DNA from: Geosiphon pyriformis uo1
Lineage: Eukaryota; Fungi; Glomeromycota
Assembly: GCA_016748015.1 (NCBI GenBank)
Contig: JAAOMT010000213.1
Span: forward strand, 216,485-280,484
DNA length: 64,000 nt
Reading direction: 5' to 3'
The notes beneath the pieces were generated by a model, which was not told the DNA's origin, did not search any database, and saw nothing but the letters and a program-made list of their open reading frames with translations. Made by a program: the position numbers and the translations under genes. This document shows positions 11,001-26,173 of this stretch, piece by piece. Numbering within the stretch: position 1 is the first letter of the stretch; every line of letters begins with the position of its first letter.

Positions 11001-14000
11001 TTGCCAATATAGTAAATATAATTGCTTAAAAAACAAACAGTTATCAAAATTTTTCAGATTAGAGCTGCTTATTGCTAAGATTGTGAAAAAATAGAATTTT
11101 AAAAATCTGTTAAAATTTGATCATTTTGTCAAAGTTTGGTCGATCATTAATAGTATTAAAGCATCTAAAATTGCTTGTATAATTCAAAATTATATAAGAT
11201 TAACAAACATTATTAAACATTTGTTATTAGTTAAAAAAAAGTATTGAAAATCCAAGTATTATAAATTGAAGATATCTGAAGACATGGCTATTCAAAAAGT
11301 GATTAACTGACATATGAAAAATTTTTGCTTTAACAAGAGGTAAATAATAAAAAGTATTCTAGAACAGTCTTTTTGTAAAGTTGTTTTAGATTATCTGGTA
11401 ATAAAAAATGAATTGGTTGTAAAGTCTGATAAAATGAAGCTTAAAATTGATAAGATCATAAAAAAGTGAACAAAAAAATGGTTAGTATCTCCAAAAATGC
11501 TTGAACTTTAGTCTTGTCAATATATGTCTTTAAATTATGTTAATAATAATATTTTTTCTGATATGATAAAAAAAATTAATATGAAAGAATTAGCTTTAGT
11601 GGTTAATAGTTTACCAGATGGCAAAACTGTTGGGTTATTGAAAATTCCAAATAAACTGTGAAAACATTATAGTAATAAGGTATTAAAATGTCTTTTGAAA
11701 ATTGTTGAATTTGTGCTTAACTTTGAATATAGTTCTAGTTTTTTGGAAAAAAGCATAGGTTTTGATGATTCCCAAATCTTATAAGTAGAATAGTGTTTTA
11801 ACAAATATCTAACCTATCACACTGATTAAAACAGTTAAAAAAATTCCATCAAAGATTCTTTTTAATTAGATATTCTCAGTATATAGCAAATTTAATGTTT
11901 TTTATGGTGATAACTTTTTAGTATTAAAGAATACTTTAACTCAGTCTCCTATTTTTGCCATTGAATTGATTATTAAAAATACACTAAAGAAAAATAGAGA
12001 ACTTTAGTTGGTTTTACAAAATATACACAAGGCTTATAATTTAGTAAGATGATATTATTTGAGAGCTAGCTTGTAGTACATTAAGATATGCAGTCAGTTT
12101 ATTAAGTTTTTTGTCAATATACATAAGAATTGAATTAATAAAATGATAACTAATTTTGAACTTTTAAATAGTTATAAAGTACATAATAAGTTAGATCAGA
12201 TGAAATTTTTTCTTTTTTTTTCTGAAAAATTTTTTATAATCCACTTTTGTATAAAATCAAGAAACATAAATACTTGTATAAATATCAAATTAATACAAGA
12301 TTTGTAGTTAAACTGGCAGAATTAAGGCTATTAAAGAAAAAACATCATTTTTTGCTGCTAATATCTTTGTTAACAACACAATTTGGGTTGAAAGTAGCCA
12401 AGCTTCTACTCAATATATTTTGAATATTGTTAATGAGTTTTTTGATGTTAATAATATTTTAATTAATAATAAAAAGACAATGGCTATTTCTATTAATCAA
12501 GATATTAAGACTGTTTTATTAATAATTAGTAATTTGCCAATTTTAATTGCTAAAAAAGGTGGTTCACACAGGTACTTAAAAATTTTTTTGTCAATTAAGA
12601 GTTTTTTTAAACTTAATTTGGCTTAAGCTCATATTAACATCAGGTTTTTTTCTAATGTGATGTTGAGGAAAGTAATTATAGATAAACAATTTTTTTATTT
12701 AGTCTTGGCTGTTTTGCAGCCTATTGTTAGCTATTAGTTATAAATTAATTTTGTTTTATCAAATATGTATTATAAGTAAGATGTAATAATCAAAAAAAGT
12801 CTTAAAGCCAAGGCTAGTTTGCCATATGATTTTTTTAGTGAGACTTTGTATTATCTATTTTTGTATAGTCTAAAGCTTTTTAAACAAATGTAGTCTAAAA
12901 TAAAAATGGCTTTATTAATTGTTTTTTTTAATGCATTTAGCATTTTTGAGTATTTGTTTAAACATAAATTCTTAAATTTGCAGGTTTTGAAATGGTTTTC
13001 TTTGAACTTTTTGCAGTTTTTTATTAAGTTGCATATTAGTTTAGTAAACAATTTTTTGGCTAAGGTGGTAAAAATTTTTTTGGACAATAATTTATCTTTG
13101 ATAAACAATTTTTTCAATGTATTTTATAGTCTTAGTAAATTCCTAATGTCAAACATTTTGGAGAAGTTCCTATATTTTAGCTTTGTTTTTTTTTTAAAGT
13201 GGTTTAAAATTGCTTTTGGTAATAGATATTTAAACAAAAAAGAGAATGTGATAAGTTAGAAGACATTTTGTTAATGAAAAAGATTGAATTTGAAAGACTC
13301 TTTGTCTTATTGATTCAAGTTAGTGTCTGAATTTTTGATTGATAAGGGTTTTTTGATGGTTGATTCTGTTAATGCTGGTGGATTATTTGGTCTGAATATT
13401 TTAAGATCTAAAGAGTTTTTTGATGTGTAGAAAGATTTGTTTGAGATTTGATCTAATTTTGTTGAAGTTTATACAAACAGTTCTTTAAAGTATACTGGTT
13501 TTTTTAAAGTTACTAGTAAGGTGACTGTTTACTTTCCAGCCATAAATGCAGGTTTTAGTGTTAAGATATATGGTCTTTTGTTCTCTATAATAGCTAAATT
13601 ACAGATCATTACATTGTCTTTGAAGTATATTCTGTTTTTTTGTTCAGTGATTTTACATTTAGATAACCAATATATTATTGATATATATGTTTTTAAGATT
13701 TTTTTTGTTGCATTAGACTTCTACAATCAATGTTAAATAAAAAAAAGATATATTGCTAATTTGATTAAGAATAAAATTTTTTTGTTATATAAATAAAAGT
13801 TAAAAGTTATTTAAATATTCTAGACAATGTTTAAGCTAATAGAATAGTGAGTAAGACTGCTTATTTTTCTTTTTTTCTGCCAATTGGAATTCAAAAACGT
13901 TTTATAATAATTAAAAATACAGCTATATTTAACAATATTTATTATTTTGTTTACAATTTGTACAGATCTGTTTGTTATACTTAATAGAAAATTGGCTCTG

Positions 14001-14882
14001 GTTTTGATGTAATTCCAAGTGCATTGATTAAGAAGATAGATTGGCTAGTTACCATAAGAGTTTGGCATTCTGATTCATATATGCTCTTTAAGTTTACCAA
14101 TAGAAAGTCTGTAAATATGTATACATACTTAATGAAAACTGTATATAAGTAATCATTGATAACAGTTAGAAAAAAATTGTATAATAAATTGTATTCTAAT
14201 GTAATGTGTTTATTGTATAATAAGGTAAAATTATCTGATTATGTTTTTGCTTATGCTGAAGATAGTATTCAGAAGAATATTTTGGTAGAAGTTTCTAAGA
14301 AATAGGTATCATTGGTAGGTATTTGCTACTTATTTTTTTTTGCTATTTTATAAATACTTTTTCAGTATTTATCAAACATGAGTTTGTATATAACAATTTG
14401 CAAAAAATTTGTGCTAAAAAACTAATATGTTGAAGCTGCCACAGTTTTTAATAGAAAACTAAAAATGGCTTCTGTTTTTGTTAAATATATGAGACATTTA
14501 GTAGAATTATATTAGACTAAGATATGGCTTATAAGATTAAAGCATAGAATAAACATAAAAAAAGCTGGTTTGGTTAAAGATAATAACATAATTTTAGATT
14601 TGTCTTGTTGTTTGATATCTATGTTGGTAGATAGAATAATTTAATTGCTTGGTATAGTAGAATTTTTTGTAGTTAGTTTTGATAAGCATAAATAATGCTT
14701 TTTTTTTGGTTTAGACAGAAATATATATATCAATATAAATATTTAATGTTGTTTTGTCTGATCTAAGTGGTTAGTCATATATAGTAAAAGCATAAACAGC
14801 ATTTAATTTAAGCCACTTAGTTTGGTTTTATGTACTAAATAACTGTTGGGCTTTATTTATTAAATATTTAATAATAATAAAA
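8065..14882 (+). mobile_element. Full-length LINE copy 2, heavily C->T/G->A decayed (ORF1 ~8197-10089, ORF2 10086-14746)
   Basis: Collinear with the other copies (TCNIKS, ETKLKS, IFVNN in place of AFVDD, VYTNS in place of VYTDG); (TAA)n tail; probable TSD ATATTTACTA at 8055-8064 and 14883-14892. Confidence 0.9.
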
Positions 14883-16079
14883 ATATTTACTAATAGAATT
14901 ACTGTAAATTTGTAAATTTATATAATAAAAGTACTGTATAAACAGTTTTTAATTACTGTTTAAAAGAAGTTATATAATAAATAATATTAAAATATTATTT
15001 GTTTTTATTATAATAATATAGAGTTTCTTAATTATGTTTTTACATATAAATCAGATATGAATATAAAAGTAAAATTATTATTGAATTTGGCAAAATTATA
15101 AAAATTGTTTATTAAAATTAAATTTATATTATTTATAATATTGAGTTTTTTTTGTTTATGTTTGTTTAATAATACTTTGTATATAATATTTTATAAGAGT
15201 TTTATATATAAAAATTAATATACTAAAATTGTTTTTGTTTTTAAAAAATTGAGATTAGTTTTTTTATGTTTAGTTTTTTTGGTATATTAGATAGTTTTTA
15301 GTTATAAAAAAAGTGTTCAGTTATATAAAATTAAATACAAAGTAATAATAAAAAAAGTAATTTGATTAATTTAATAATTCAATTTTATATAATTTAAAAA
15401 GACTTTTTATGAATTTGGCTAATAATATAGTTTATATTTTAAGAATTAACAAAGCTCTTTTGGTTTATTTTGGTTTTTATGAAAAATATTTGTTCTTTTC
15501 AAGTTTAAACAGTTAAATTAATATAATTATAAGAGAATAATATAGTCTTAATTAATTTAAATGACCAGTTATATGTAACAAAAACATAATTTGTACTTAG
15601 TTATGAACATTTAATTTGTTTATATATACTAAGTAGTATTTAAACAACATTTATTAATAAAGTTTAAAAAAAAAAGTTATTATTATTAAACAAATATTTT
15701 TTCCAAAAAAACAATTTTATATACATTAAAAAATTAATTTTTAATATTTTAAAAACACAGGATTATAAAATTAAATTATTGGCATGTTAATTATAAATAT
15801 ATAAAAATAAATATAAAATTTGAAAATTGGTTTTTTCAAAAACAATTATAAATATCAAAAGTTTCAATGTATATTATGTTGAATTATAATTTTCTTTTAA
15901 AGACATTAAGCAGAACTCATAGCCAACATAACATTAACCACAATTCGGTGTATGGTATTTAATATGTTATGTTTCTCCACTGGCCTTATTTTAAAATCAC
16001 ATGATGTTTTTGAATCATAAAAACCTAACACTAGGACCTAATATACCCATGCAAAGACTGATTTGTTATTCCAATTCAC

Positions 16080-19000
16080 TTATGCACCGCCTGTATACAT
16101 CCATTCTTTTAAATACTGAGCCCACAAATTTTGAAAAATTACTTTTCCCGCTTTATCCAAAGTAACCATAACTTGATCTCGTTCTCGTTCTCCGCATAAA
16201 TCCATTAACGAATAAATTCCACTTCTTAGTGCATCTTTAACTTGAACTCCAATTTGCTCATCAGTTTGAATTTCCATATATTCCCTGAGTAAAATAGGAA
16301 CATAGCTTCCAAAAACTTTTGCCGATCGATGCATCGTTGAATTTTTTGGTGATACAGCCTTCAACAAACTGGACATTATTTCAGCACATGGTAACAGAAG
16401 GGCTTCATTGTCTAGGGGACTTCCTGTGAGCTCTAAACATGTAAAGGAAAGGGTGTATGTTTGGAGTTGTTTTCGTGACCTAGGCAGATAAGATGAAGAC
16501 TTGAAAAAGTGGAATAATTCTTGTAAAATCGCGATGAAGGATGGAAGAGAATCAACAAGCTGGTTTCGACGGTGAATTAAGATCGTATGCAGCAGATGAC
16601 AAGTCACTTCGAAAATTCCTTTTGCTGATTGATACTCCAAGTTTTTAGAATTGAAAATCAACGTGATTGTGGTCGATAATATCAAGGGAATAAAATTTTC
16701 TATAAAGATCTAGGGCAGAATAAAATATGACTGTCGTTATCTTAATTGTATAAAGGCAAAATCATTATATAAAACTTATTTCAAACCTGATTAGTGACAA
16801 TAGAGGTCAAAAAATCGAAGATTTTTATGCGATGCTTTATAGATTCCATTTTCGGTCCAATAGTGCATAATTGAGTCAATATCCTTGTGGCAAATTTACG
16901 CAGTTCTTGGCGTTGATCTGGGTGAAGAGAGAAATAAGCCAAATATTTATTTCAGGCTCCAATATTATTCCATACCTTGGTTTGAGTCTCTTATCACAAC
17001 TTCAATTAAGTTTAGAGTCACTTCAATCTCTTCATTCAATTTGGTTCTAATGTTGGAAGGGTCCAGTCTTGTGTAAAAACCGTCAAGGATTGTAGAATAT
17101 TGCTCTTTAGACAATTTTTTGATAAAATTTCCAAAACAGCTTAAAAGTTGTGTTGAATATACTCCACTAGAATCTAAATTAATATTTTAGTAACTGAATA
17201 GCAACATACGTAGAAAAATAAGAGATAAATTATTTTCTTACCTTTTTCGTGAATTATTTTCAAAGAGACCCAAAGGAGGGCAAAAATCTTTAATATGGTT
17301 CCATTACTAAGAGGTGGATCGAAAAAAGGGGAAGCCTCAAGTGCTATTGATAAAATTGTTGTACAACTCTGAAATGTCTCTGAATCTTCCGCAACTGATG
17401 AAACAAGTCGCAACAAAGGAATAGGGAGGGCAAAAAAGCTTGGCAAAAACATGAAAAGGGGTTTTGATGGGCTTTCTGGCGGAGACGCTTGGACGAAGGG
17501 ATGATACCGCATCAAAATCCCATAAATCCTCACCAAATTTTTCAATCTTGAAAATTTGGACATTACCAAGACCTGGTCTTCTTTATCATCCAACTTTTTC
17601 AGTGCAAAATCAAAAAAAGTACCAAGGGCCATCCCTAAATCTTTTTCTATCGAATCACACAGTTTTGTAAATGAGCACCATATCTTTTCTTCGTTCATAT
17701 TCAGCTCATCAATAGGGTTACGTTCATATCTTTAAACAAATAAAGGTCAGATATTATATCTTGATAGCTTAGAAATTTGTAACATATCACACCTGTTTTT
17801 TTTCAAAAAATGAGATACACAGGCATCCATAAAATCACAAAGAAAACTCATTTGGATGTCATATTCCAATTCATCTCGAGTTACTGAATTGATCCATTGA
17901 GAAAATCTAACAGGAGAACTTATGTAAGTGGGAAGTGACTTAAAAAAGGTCACGACTCCTTCCCAATATTCTTGTCCAGGTGTAGCACTTCTATCATGAG
18001 CTCGCAGAAGGAAATGCCTATAGAAGATAAAAAAATATTATACCTTTGACTTGACATCTGATAAGCTCAAATAAACCACTTACTCTACGCTCATAGATAA
18101 AACTTGACCAGAAACCCGAACAAGATCCTCAATTGCTTTGCTAAATACTTTATCAATTTCATTTTTTTTAGATCGGAGCTCATTGGATCGCAGATGGTAA
18201 GTGTGGATTGACGTTAACCACCACGCTAGAAATGCTTGATGGTGCCGCTATATCAATACACCTTACAATTATTAGAGCACTTTGCTCAAAAAGAAAATAG
18301 ATTCAGAATATGTACTAACCATACAACTTTCTCGATTTCCAAGTTTTATCAATTGAGCTGTTAGATTTCTGCATGTGAAAGAGAAATCTAATAACGAAAT
18401 CATATCATTTCGATCTTGGACGTGGAACAAAGAGGAAATGAGTTTCTCCACGAGAAATGCCACGGTAATCAGAGAATCTTTTTCCTCTTTTTTGAAATAT
18501 TCGCTGGGAAAAAGAAGAGCCATTTTGAAAAAAAGAGTAGTTTGAAAAAGAGGAAATGTTCTCTTGTTATGAGATATTGGTTGCACAAGAAATAATGGCA
18601 AAATAGATTCCCAGAAATCAATCGATGAAGTTTGATTTTGAAATAACAGAATAGTTTTCAGATAATTTAATAATCTGCTAGCAAAATCAGAATCCAATCC
18701 AAAATATTTTAATTGATCTTCCAAAAAGCGGAATAGCTCCTCAAAGTAGATTTTCAGAAAAACTCCTTTATTGCAAAGCAAGGGTGTCACCCTTGAGAAT
18801 TAGAAATAACGTGAAATTAAGGTGGAACAATAAATAATTACCTCTGAGGGCATATAACTCGAAAAATTCCGCCGATCGAAATATCTCAAAGCATACACTT
18901 TCATAACTTATTTCACCAACAAATTGAGATTTTGATGGTATTGATATAAAAGCCTTGACGATCAACCTGGCAATTTTTTCCAATTCATTTTCTTTACTGT

Positions 19001-22000
19001 AATTGCTTTAATAATCAAGAGATTCGGTTACTATGATTTTGCTAAATTTTTAATCCCAACTATTAATCCTACTTACCATATTAAATCAAGCCATTCAGAT
19101 GCAAGTTTTAAATTTGCTAAATCAAAGTTTTCTGAAGTCAAATCAAGAAACCGTCCAGTCCACGAGCAAAAATTGTTGTTTTTTGGAAGGTTCAGCGTAT
19201 TCACAACAGAATATATAAAACCTTGAATCTGAAGTTCTCTATTTTCTTTTACTATTGCTGTGTCCTCACTAATTGAATAAAAAGTGTGATGATTTCGACA
19301 AACATGTTTAAGGATAATTTTGTTCTAAAGGGATAATTATAAATTATTAAACAATAAGAATTGATTAATGCTTCTTTAAAGCATCAGCTAGAAATAAATA
19401 CCGTTAAGAGTTTTATTTTTGGGTGATCAATCAATGATAGCATCTTCACCAATTCATTAGCTAAGCTCAAACCCGAAAAGTTGTGCGAATAAAACGATAT
19501 ATCCAATAGGTGAGAATGTAAAAGTAATGCCGGGTAAAGGTGATCTTCAAAAAAGGTTATATCTAAGTTGTCAAATGTCCGGGATATGATGGGAGAAATG
19601 AATCTTTCAAAAAGATTTTTAAGAGATCGTTCGATATTTTCTGCATAGGGAGGAGTAATTTTCAAAGCTTTCAAAAAATGGACAAACGTAATTATAATAA
19701 GGCTTGAAGAGGGAAGAGGAATAACTTGAAAATTGGGATTATCGTCAAAAATAATATTTAGATTGTCGTTTTTACTCGATCTGGGACGTTTCTGTGGGAG
19801 TGTTTCTGCGTCAACATTTTGGGTATGGATGCAAATCGAATCAACTGGGTCCAAGAGCTCCTTTGTAAAAATTTCAATGAGGTCTTGTGCTTGTACCATT
19901 TTTGAGAATCTGGAAAATATAAAGTTTAAGTTAGGATTCAAATAAAGAAAAGATCGAGACTATAAGATACTTAACTGTTGTAAGAAATCCCTGCGAAATA
20001 GGGGTTTTCTAAGGACATTATCGTTTTTGGATTGCATGATTTTGAAACCATTCACCATGGTTGTAAGAAATCTTTTCATTTCTTGGGATTTAGCGTATGT
20101 CTCTAAAAGCACAGTTAACAAAGATATACACTCTGCTTCTACTTCCGTAAAAGGCTATAGAAATTTAGAAAGTGATATATGAAAATTTTTTGGAAAGATG
20201 GCAAAAAATACCAATAGAAAAATCTTTTCTAACCATTAATAAATATTCCCATAGTTGAGGGAGATAATGATCGACCACGCGGTAATCAATTTGCAATAGG
20301 AAAGTAATTGCTGTGAGAAAATAGCGCTGGATTTCTTGTACTTTTATATGAATCAAACATGGATTTTAAAATTAAACAGAATAATTGTGAGATAAACAAT
20401 CCTTTAAAACCCAAATACTAACCTTGGCTTGACATTTTGGCCAACTCTACTAGGAGACCAGTCACTTTGTAAAGAACCTTGTTTTGCCGGGATGATATTT
20501 GGTCATTTGAAGGCACATATAGGTTGTAATGCAGGAGCTGCGATAACATTTGGGTTAAAGTACTCATCGAAGTAAGCAGTAACGTAATTTTACTCTTTTC
20601 TGAGATTGCGGAATCTATGGCTTGCTCCAAAAAAACATAAAGTTCTTCAAAGAAATTGAATTCAAAGAGTCTTTCTTTCTCTGAAGATAAATGTTTTTTA
20701 TGGGCCCAAGTTTCGTTGGAAAGATTTTTTTTGCGAATCTCTTCAATAAAAAATCTAAAAAGTAGGGGAAAACCTTGGATAACTGATAAATCTTAGAATG
20801 GTTAGTATATTGCGGGATACAAAGAGAAATATAAAGACAATAAACTTATATACCAATTCTTTGGTGTAAAACCGTCCCCAATCCAGATGATGGAGACTTT
20901 AACATTTCACTGATTTTATTAAAAAATTGATTTTGATATCCAGCAGGAACTTTTTCGGGGCTTTCCGAGCTTCCGGAAATATTTTGAGGTTCATTGAAAC
21001 CGTATTCCATAATGTGCTCCTGTTGAAATAGCCCAATTTGAAGAATCTCCTTGATATGCCCAATATTATTGACTATCGTTTCGGACTGATTGTCATTTTC
21101 CCGGTTCAAAACAAAGTTCTTGGTTTTGAAATCCTCCGAAAAATAATAGGCTTCAAGTAGAGGATAAAACAATTTTCCAAAAACAATAGTATAGACCTGG
21201 TATCGATATAAATGAAAAGGTTATAGATGTTCAAGAAATGAGAAATGGATATGCTTATCTTACCTTTTTTGAGTTTGGGCTAGAAATCAAGAATTTTTTA
21301 AAAGATGAAACTATGGATGATGCGAGTTTCAAAAACAATTCTTTTAGTGTGATTAGCTTCTTTGACAAACATGAGTGGTTTTCTTCGATTTCCTTCTGTT
21401 CGAAGTCTCCTTGAGCCTCATCACAAATGAGACTCAAGATGCGAAACAGAGCCGGATAAATTTTACAAGTGTTTAACACAAGAGCTGCTAATTGATCTAA
21501 TGTTGGCTGGTATAACGTAGTATCAAGCTTATGAAAGCAAGGAATGACTGCTTGAATCAATACTGAAGCATGGTTGACGGATATTAGAGCCGAGTGAAGA
21601 TCATAATCCTCAATGCTTTTGATGGCATGAAGTATTGATATTTCAGCAAATTCCATAACTGCCGAAAAAGCAGCTGTGATAGGTGTTTTTTTCAAATAAT
21701 TTGTTATATTTCGAATCTTTCGAAGATAAACATCGTCAGAATCGATCTTATGATGAGGAAAAACATTTGAGGAGAGGCTTTCAAGATCGCGAAAATTTTT
21801 TTTGTTGCCAGAAACATAATCCAGCGTTTTTAGGAAAAGGCTCCAATAACCTTCACTTAAATGAGGTACTCTTCCAAAACTTTGTGGGTGATTAGGAGAG
21901 GTTGAGTAGCAGATTTTAGAAAAAGACAAAGAAAACCTCTAAAGAAAATAAAAAATACCCACCCTAAATCAGTTTCTTTCCCTGTGGATTTCACTAAACT

Positions 22001-22162
22001 AGTGACAATCCATTCTGAAAGAAAAACTTCTCTATGTGGGAGGTATCCCTTCCCAGAACATAATTTTTCAGCAAGATTTAATTTTTCAGAGGCAGAAAGA
22101 GGAGGGCCTCTAAGCGCTTTCACAAGATCTTCGGAACAAGTGAAAGACAACTCTTCACTCAT
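16080..22162 (-). CDS. URB2: URB2/Npa2 nucleolar pre-ribosomal protein, multi-exon (ten or more short GT-AG introns)
   Basis: N-terminus MSEELSFTCSEDLVKALRG...YLPHREVFLSEWI. C-terminal Urb2-like block LRSGIYSLMDLCGERERDQVMVTLDKAGKVIFQNLWAQYLKEWMYTG. ORF fragments are separated by short introns and CpG content is normal. Not all exon borders were resolved. Confidence 0.8.
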
Positions 22163-25100
22163 TACCAACTGATTTCACAAATTAACTGGAGAAAAATATT
22201 TGTTACTACGCGTCATGTTTGTAGATCACGCTTGTCAGCATTTAATAATTATAAAGAATTATTATCATAATCTATTACTTTTTAACCATAAATCAAGTTA
22301 TTTGGACTTATGTTAATATTATATTAAACCAAATCAAAAACTTTAAATATTTAATTATTAATTATAAAATTTATGTTAATATTAACATTTATAAACTTGT
22401 TTAACTAAATTTCAATGAGTTTTTTGCTTTAAAAACTACAGATTTCAAAGAATTAACAATTTATTTATTGTGTTATTACTTAATAAAAATAATTTTATTT
22501 CTTTTATTTTATTATTATTAAAAGAATATATATTATATTTTCTTTTGATTTTTGGTAAAATTTTTTATTAAATTAATAATTATAACAGAAATATTTTTAA
22601 TATTTAATAAAAAACAATTATAATTACTAAAAATTTAATAGATTTATTATAAACTTTATTAAAAAAATAATATTTTTAATTAAAAATTTCAAAAAATTTA
22701 TTTAAATTTAAGCTTACTATTAAAAAAACAAAATCTAATTTTATAGAAAAAACAACTGTTTTAATATTTAAAATAACAGTTTTAATATAAAACATTAAAG
22801 TAAAAAACTGATTTTAAAAATTTTAAATATAATAAAACATATTTAATTACATATTTAAATTATATTACTTATATTATAAACAATATTATTAAAAATTAAA
22901 GTAACAAGTTAATAAATAACAAAAAAAAACTATTGAAAATAATTAAAATAATCAAAATTAAATTTGTAAGATTTTAATATATATTATTACAAGTGATTAT
23001 TTAGAGTGTTAATACAAATAACAAACCCATAACTTGATGCTTAATAGCTAATGATATTGGTTTCTAAAGGTTTTGGTAATCTGAAAGTTTTTGTATCTGA
23101 AGATTTTAGTTGTTTGAAGGTTTTGTTTGAGTTTTTTGTATAATAAACAGAGATTCAATATTAGTAGTCTCTCAGAATTGCAATTCCATTAAATTTCTTT
23201 CTTTAGCATAGTGGCCAGTTTATTTTAACAGTTATGTTCTTTTGGTAAGCTATTCATAAATTCTTTAAACTGTATATTCTTTCTTTGGGATTTTTTACTA
23301 GTCTATTTTTAATATCAATCATTCAGTGCTTAATTTTTTTAATCAGTTAATAAACAACAAACAAGACAAAATAAAAGAAAAGAAAAGAAATAAAAAAGAA
23401 AATAAAAGAAAAGAAGAAATTAGTATTTTGTCAATAGCTGTGATTAAAAGCTATTGTTCTAATGTGATTAAGTATTAAATTTTATCAACATAAAGTATTA
23501 ATAAATAGAAAAGTAATTAAATTTTCAAACAAATGACAATAATATGGATTGAATAATAATAAGTATGTTTTATTCAATATTTTGTTAATAAATTCATTTT
23601 GGTTGATAGTAGCTATCTATAAAATAAAGGTTAATAAATAGAAAAAAAAAAGATTGTTCTAAATTAATAAAACTCTATTGAATTCTCTAGGAATTGCTTT
23701 TTCTGTTTTAATACTTTTGCTATATATATATAATTTATATTATAAGATTCTTTGAATTTCTCAATTCTCTAGCCAGGAATTCTGTAATTTCTCATATGGG
23801 AATTCTGTAATTCTAAAATTCTGCAATTCTTCTAAGAGAAATCCTGGAATTCCACTTTTGCTATGTCTATTCTGATTGGCTAATTTATGTACTAATATTT
23901 AATTCCTATATTCTATAAATAACAACATAATTAATCTTAAATTTATAATTACTTAATTTTTTTTGAAAAATCTAAAAGTAGAAAAATAGTTTGTAATTAT
24001 TAATAAAATAATACTGCTGCAATTATTTTATGTTTTATTTAATAATTTTTAGAATAAATAACAAATATTATTATGTTTTTTAATTATTTTTTTATTTAAT
24101 AAATAACAAAAACAAACAATTATTTCTTAAGCTAATTTTAATAATATATATAAATATTAACAATTAATTTTTTATTTATAAATGTTTAAATACTTAAAAA
24201 TTAAAAAAAATAAGCAATATAAAAAAAAATATTAAATAATAATAATTATTTTATTATTTTAATTTCAACATGTTTTTTTATAGTTAAAAAACTTATTATT
24301 TATATAATTATTTAAAGTAGTTAATAATTAAATTAACAATTAAAACAATAATCAAATTATTAATTAGATTAATAATTAAAAAAATAATTAGATTAATAAT
24401 CAGATTAATTTAAAAATAAAATAGCTAATTATATAATATTATTAATTAATACATTTAATAAAAACTATGGTTTTTAACTGTAATAATTTAATTAAAAAAA
24501 GCATTATAAAAAACAATTGTTTTTTTATTAATATTAACAAATAAGCAAAAACAATTTTAAAAACACAAAATATGTAATAATAAATTAATAAATTTCAATT
24601 TAATATTAAAAATATTATATAAAAACTACAACAAAAAAATAAAAACATAAAAAATTTACAATTTTAAAAATAAAATAAAATAAAATTGTAAACTTAATTA
24701 TAATAAAAATATTTAAAAATATTTAAAATATAAATTTTTATAATAAATTTTTTTTTGTTTTTTATTTTATTTTTAATAAGTGAAATTTAATTACTACTTA
24801 ATATAATATAACTATCTAAAGTTTTAAATTAAATATAATTTATATGTTTACTATATATAATTAGTTAGTTAACCAATTAAAACATTATTATATAACTATA
24901 TTAATAGAAATTTCTTTAATAGTATTAGCAAAAAATAAATATTTGATCTAAAAACCAAAACCAATAGAATAATTTTTCTCAATTTTTAACAAACAAACAA
25001 TTTTATCAAATACTTTAGCAAAAAACTCTTAAATAATATTTAACATTAAGCCATTTTTTTTAATAATTCTTTACAAACCAAATTGGTTTAAAGCTTAAAA

Positions 25101-25506
25101 TCAAATAATCATACATATTTTTTATAATTAATCATCAAATTTTGTACAAAATTAACTAATTTTAATGTGATTAACTTGATATTTCTAAAAAAAATTTTGG
25201 CTTTTACCAATTAATTCTTAAACAAAAATTTTTTATACAGTATAATATACAAGTTAAAATCAAAAAAACTATAAATAAAATCAACTTAACACTAATTAAA
25301 AATTTTTACAAAAAAAAATATTTATTTAATAGATTATGCTAAACAAATAAATTTAAATTGTAAGTAAAATTTTATTTTATTACAATACATATATAATATA
25401 CTTAGATAACTGTATTTATATAAGTGCTTTTTAATTATTATAAGTAATTTTTTATGTAAAATTTTTATTATATATGTATACAAACTAATAATAGCTTAGT
25501 TTATAT

Positions 25507-26173
25507 TGTTATGGATTGAAGTAACAAGCTAATGGATAGCAAGGAAGAATAGGATTGCAGAGTAATAGGAATAATCAAAAGGGAATTCAACTTCAAAGAG
25601 CAAATTGAATAAGTAGAAATTCAATGTGCGAGATCAGTCTCATAAAATATCTCAGTTGCTATACTTTTCAAAGATAACTGGGGAATTTGAAGGTAGAGGG
25701 ATAGTCCATACTGTCAACAAATAATCACACACTGGTATAATTCTATGTCTCATGTCGGCGTTCTTAGAATTTAATATCAGGTATCAGATGTACTCTTCAG
25801 TCACGTTTTATTTAATAATCTTCAAATGCTGCAATTACATGTTTCAGGAAAAGGGTAAAGAATAACTAACAAGTAATCTTTTATTTTTAAGATGTTCAGA
25901 TACTTGAAAGTAGAGAAAGAGAATTTAGTAATAAGAGAGATTGAGATAAAAGTTGTTATTTTATTTATTTAATTTCCTTGATTTTTTTATGCTTTTCTAT
26001 AGCTAAAAGATTTATTGCTTATATAGCTGTCAAAAGTAGTCAATGATCAGGTCAATGGTCAGATCATTAATCAGGTCAATAATCACTTTCTAAAAATAAA
26101 GTGGCTAATTTATGTGATATTAGTGGCTAATACATGTAATAATTAATAAGAAGTATAAGTTTCAACCATAACA
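25507..26173 (-). repeat. 3' LTR (667 bp) of the Ty3 element
   Basis: TGTTATG...CATAACA termini; about 85% identical by eye to 32504-33230. Confidence 0.95.
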
